Shown here one piece after another: positions 44,217 to 46,349 of a stretch of DNA of 46,349 bases. The translations under genes and the position numbers were made by a program. Origin of the DNA: a virus (Duplodnaviria; Caudoviricetes); IMG/VR virus record IMGVR_UViG_3300014208_001435, positions 1 through 46,349 of that record. One strand, given 5' to 3'. Numbering within the stretch: the first letter of the stretch is position 1; every line of letters begins with the position of its first letter. Below the pieces are notes generated by a model. That model was given only the letters and a program-made list of their open reading frames with translations. It was not told where the DNA came from and searched no databases.

Positions 44217-46349
44217 ATGGAACGTGAAGAAATCGTCGCCCGACACGCCAAAGCACATAAAATGACCCTGGCGGAGTCCGCCGCGCATCTGCCGCCGCAG
44301 CAGACCATGTCCTGCCCTGCCTGCTGCCGCAAACATCTCGCCTGCGCCCTGGAATACGCCGAGGAGATCATGTGCGGACACGGCGCGGATAAATCTCCAT
44401 TCGACATCGATCACCGCCCGGATCTAGCCAAGCATGTCTGCGCCGCCGAGGAACACGCCCGCGCCATCGACCGGCGCGCGGCGGCAACGCTGCGCACATT
44501 GCGCCACGATCTCGACGCCCGCGCCTGGCAGCCGGACCCGCGCGATCTGGACGCCCTGCGCCGCCTCTGGCTGGACACCCTGGCCCCCGCTTTGCCCGGT
44601 CCGGCCAGTCTGCCCGGTCCGGCCAGTCCGACTCCGCTTACCGCCCCCCGCAAACCCTGCGGCACCTGCGGCAGCCGCCCCGCCCCCCGGCCTGTTCCCG
44701 CTTTGAGTGCTCCGACCCTCCCGGCTGCTTCCCCGGCTGCTGCTCTGCCCGGTCACCATTCACCAGTCACCATTCACCATTCACCATTCACCATTCACCA
44801 TTCACCATTCACCATTCACCAGTCACCAGTCACCATTCACCAGTCACCAGTCACCCGCTTCGACGTAGTCGTGCCTTTAGCCGACACCACCGCCGCCGCG
44901 AAAGACGCCCCCGAGCTGCGCTACGCCCTGCGCTCCGCCGCGCAAAACCTCACCGGACTCGGCCGCATCTTCATTATTTCAAAAACCTTCCCCGCCTGGC
45001 TCGACCCGGCGCACATCGTCCACGTCCCCTGCGCCGACCGCGCCGGATGGAAAGACTTCAACCTGATCAAAAAAGTTCTCGCCGCCTGTGAAGCCGGGGT
45101 CTCTGAACAGTTCGTCTTCTGGTCCGATGACCAGTTCCTGCTGCAGCCGGCGGACGCTTCGACACTGCTCCCGGTCGCCGAAGGCAATGCCGGCGAATGG
45201 ACCGAGGAGACCTGGCAGGCCAAATTCAACGCCAAACCGTCCACCACCTGGTGGCACCGCCTGCACAACACCGTCAAACTGCTCCAGTCCAGAGACAAAA
45301 CCGCCTGGAACTTCGACAGCCATCACCCGACGCTCTACCGCCGCGACCAGTTTAAACAGATCATGCGCGAGCTGGATATCCTGAATGAATCGCGGCATCC
45401 CGCGGACGGCTACACCATCAACTCTCTGTACTGCAACATGGCCGGCTGCACCCCCGCCCCGCCCCGCGCCCTGGTCCGCTGCGCAAACTGTCTCCCGCAA
45501 TCCGGCACCGTCTTCTGGAACGTCAACGAGCCCAAAGCCTGGCCAGCCGCCGAAAAACATCTCACAACCATTTTCCCGCTCCCGGCAAAATGGGAATCGG
45601 TTTCAGTCCCGACCAGTCTGCCCCGTCCAGCCAGTCCGGTCCCGGTTTCCGCTCTCACCTGCACCGGTGATCGTCCGGTGCAATTCGGCATCTGCCTGAA
45701 AATCATGGAGCGCATGAATCCGCGCCCGGCGCAATGGCTGATCGTTGACGACGGCAAAACTCCGATCGCTCCGGAACTTATTCCGGACTGGGCCGAATAC
45801 GTCCGCCGCGAACCGTTGCCAGCCGACCCGCCGATGACGCTGGCTAAAAATATTCTTGCCGGATTTGAGCATCTAAAACATGATACAGTAGCCTTCATCG
45901 AGGATGATGACTGGTATCCGCCATCATATCTGGCGGAACAATTGAAAGAGGCAAAGGGATATGAAGCCAGCGGCGCAATGGTAAGACATTATTTTCAACT
46001 GGTTAAAAATGCTTATGCCATATTTAATCGTAATTTTGCAATCACTGCTTCATTATTTTTAAATTCTGCATCAGCCATTAATACCTATAAACAGGTTTGT
46101 GTTAATCAGCCCGACGGCAATGGTCTTGATGTTTTGTTCTGGCAGCGTTTTTCCGGGAAAAAATATCTGCACTCCAATATCTCGGCCACATCGGTCGGTA
46201 TTAAAGACTGGCCATGCGGACGCGGTCCGGGATTTGCCCCGACTCATCAATCATCCAAAGGCTTTACCGCCGATGCCGCGCGCATTTTTTTGAAAAAATG
46301 GCTGCAGGAAAATGAAGCATTATGGTATTTAGAGGAGAATCTTAAATGA
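44217..46349 (+). CDS. Multidomain glycosyltransferase-like protein (Stealth-like plus GT-A fold domain)
   Basis: AAGGAG RBS; DVVVP, ELRYALRS, GRIFII and FVFWSDDQFL (Stealth-like); WLIVDDG and AFIEDDDWY (GT2-like DxD). Confidence 0.7.
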   Translation: MEREEIVARHAKAHKMTLAESAAHLPPQQTMSCPACCRKHLACALEYAEEIMCGHGADKSPFDIDHRPDLAKHVCAAEEHARAIDRRAAATLRTLRHDLDARAWQPDPRDLDALRRLWLDTLAPALPGPASLPGPASPTPLTAPRKPCGTCGSRPAPRPVPALSAPTLPAASPAAALPGHHSPVTIHHSPFTIHHSPFTIHQSPVTIHQSPVTRFDVVVPLADTTAAAKDAPELRYALRSAAQNLTGLGRIFIISKTFPAWLDPAHIVHVPCADRAGWKDFNLIKKVLAACEAGVSEQFVFWSDDQFLLQPADASTLLPVAEGNAGEWTEETWQAKFNAKPSTTWWHRLHNTVKLLQSRDKTAWNFDSHHPTLYRRDQFKQIMRELDILNESRHPADGYTINSLYCNMAGCTPAPPRALVRCANCLPQSGTVFWNVNEPKAWPAAEKHLTTIFPLPAKWESVSVPTSLPRPASPVPVSALTCTGDRPVQFGICLKIMERMNPRPAQWLIVDDGKTPIAPELIPDWAEYVRREPLPADPPMTLAKNILAGFEHLKHDTVAFIEDDDWYPPSYLAEQLKEAKGYEASGAMVRHYFQLVKNAYAIFNRNFAITASLFLNSASAINTYKQVCVNQPDGNGLDVLFWQRFSGKKYLHSNISATSVGIKDWPCGRGPGFAPTHQSSKGFTADAARIFLKKWLQENEALWYLEENLK
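44753..44856 (+). repeat. In-frame heptamer tract TCACCA(T/G), 14 full units plus a partial one
   Basis: Counted directly; translates as HHSPVTIHHSPFTI... Confidence 0.95.

Larger units (their letters stand above)
1..46349. mobile_element. Prophage (temperate tailed phage); left end at a tRNA att site, right end not visible
   Basis: tRNA 3' end next to integrase; then repressor/cro, replication, terminase, portal, protease, capsid, tail tube, chaperone and tape measure genes in typical order. Confidence 0.95.

Overview
One prophage segment, probably a siphovirus with lambda-like terminase and portal. The gene families suggest a PVC-group host such as Planctomycetes or Lentisphaerae (inference). 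It starts at an att end in the 3' half of a tRNA-Asn. Gene order: serine integrase, leftward exported-protein genes, and a cI/cro-like switch. Next comes a long early operon with three DNA methyltransferases, an acyl carrier protein, replication and nucleotide-enzyme genes, and a tyrosine recombinase. Then the terminase, an inserted cassette with a fourth MTase and an HTH gene, the head and tail genes, and a lysis-like region with a papain-type peptidase. It ends with a Stealth/GT-A glycosyltransferase-like gene. Two systems stand out. (1) A candidate virion-glycosylation system: several structural proteins carry [A/D/E]SPS[A/G] Ser/Pro tags, one tag is hidden in a -1 frame, and the glycosyltransferase contains an in-frame heptamer tract that could phase-vary. 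(2) A modular set of at least nine short 7- or 9-bp-period repeat and hairpin families, often bordered by AACAGCCG and TTAAAAC, placed between genes and in frame inside enzymes. Also notable: a strand-composition switch at about 19.55 kb beside the tyrosine recombinase, a nested alternative-frame gene in the C5 MTase, and an operator shared by the immunity region and a distant gene. All calls come from reading motifs by eye; no database searches were run.
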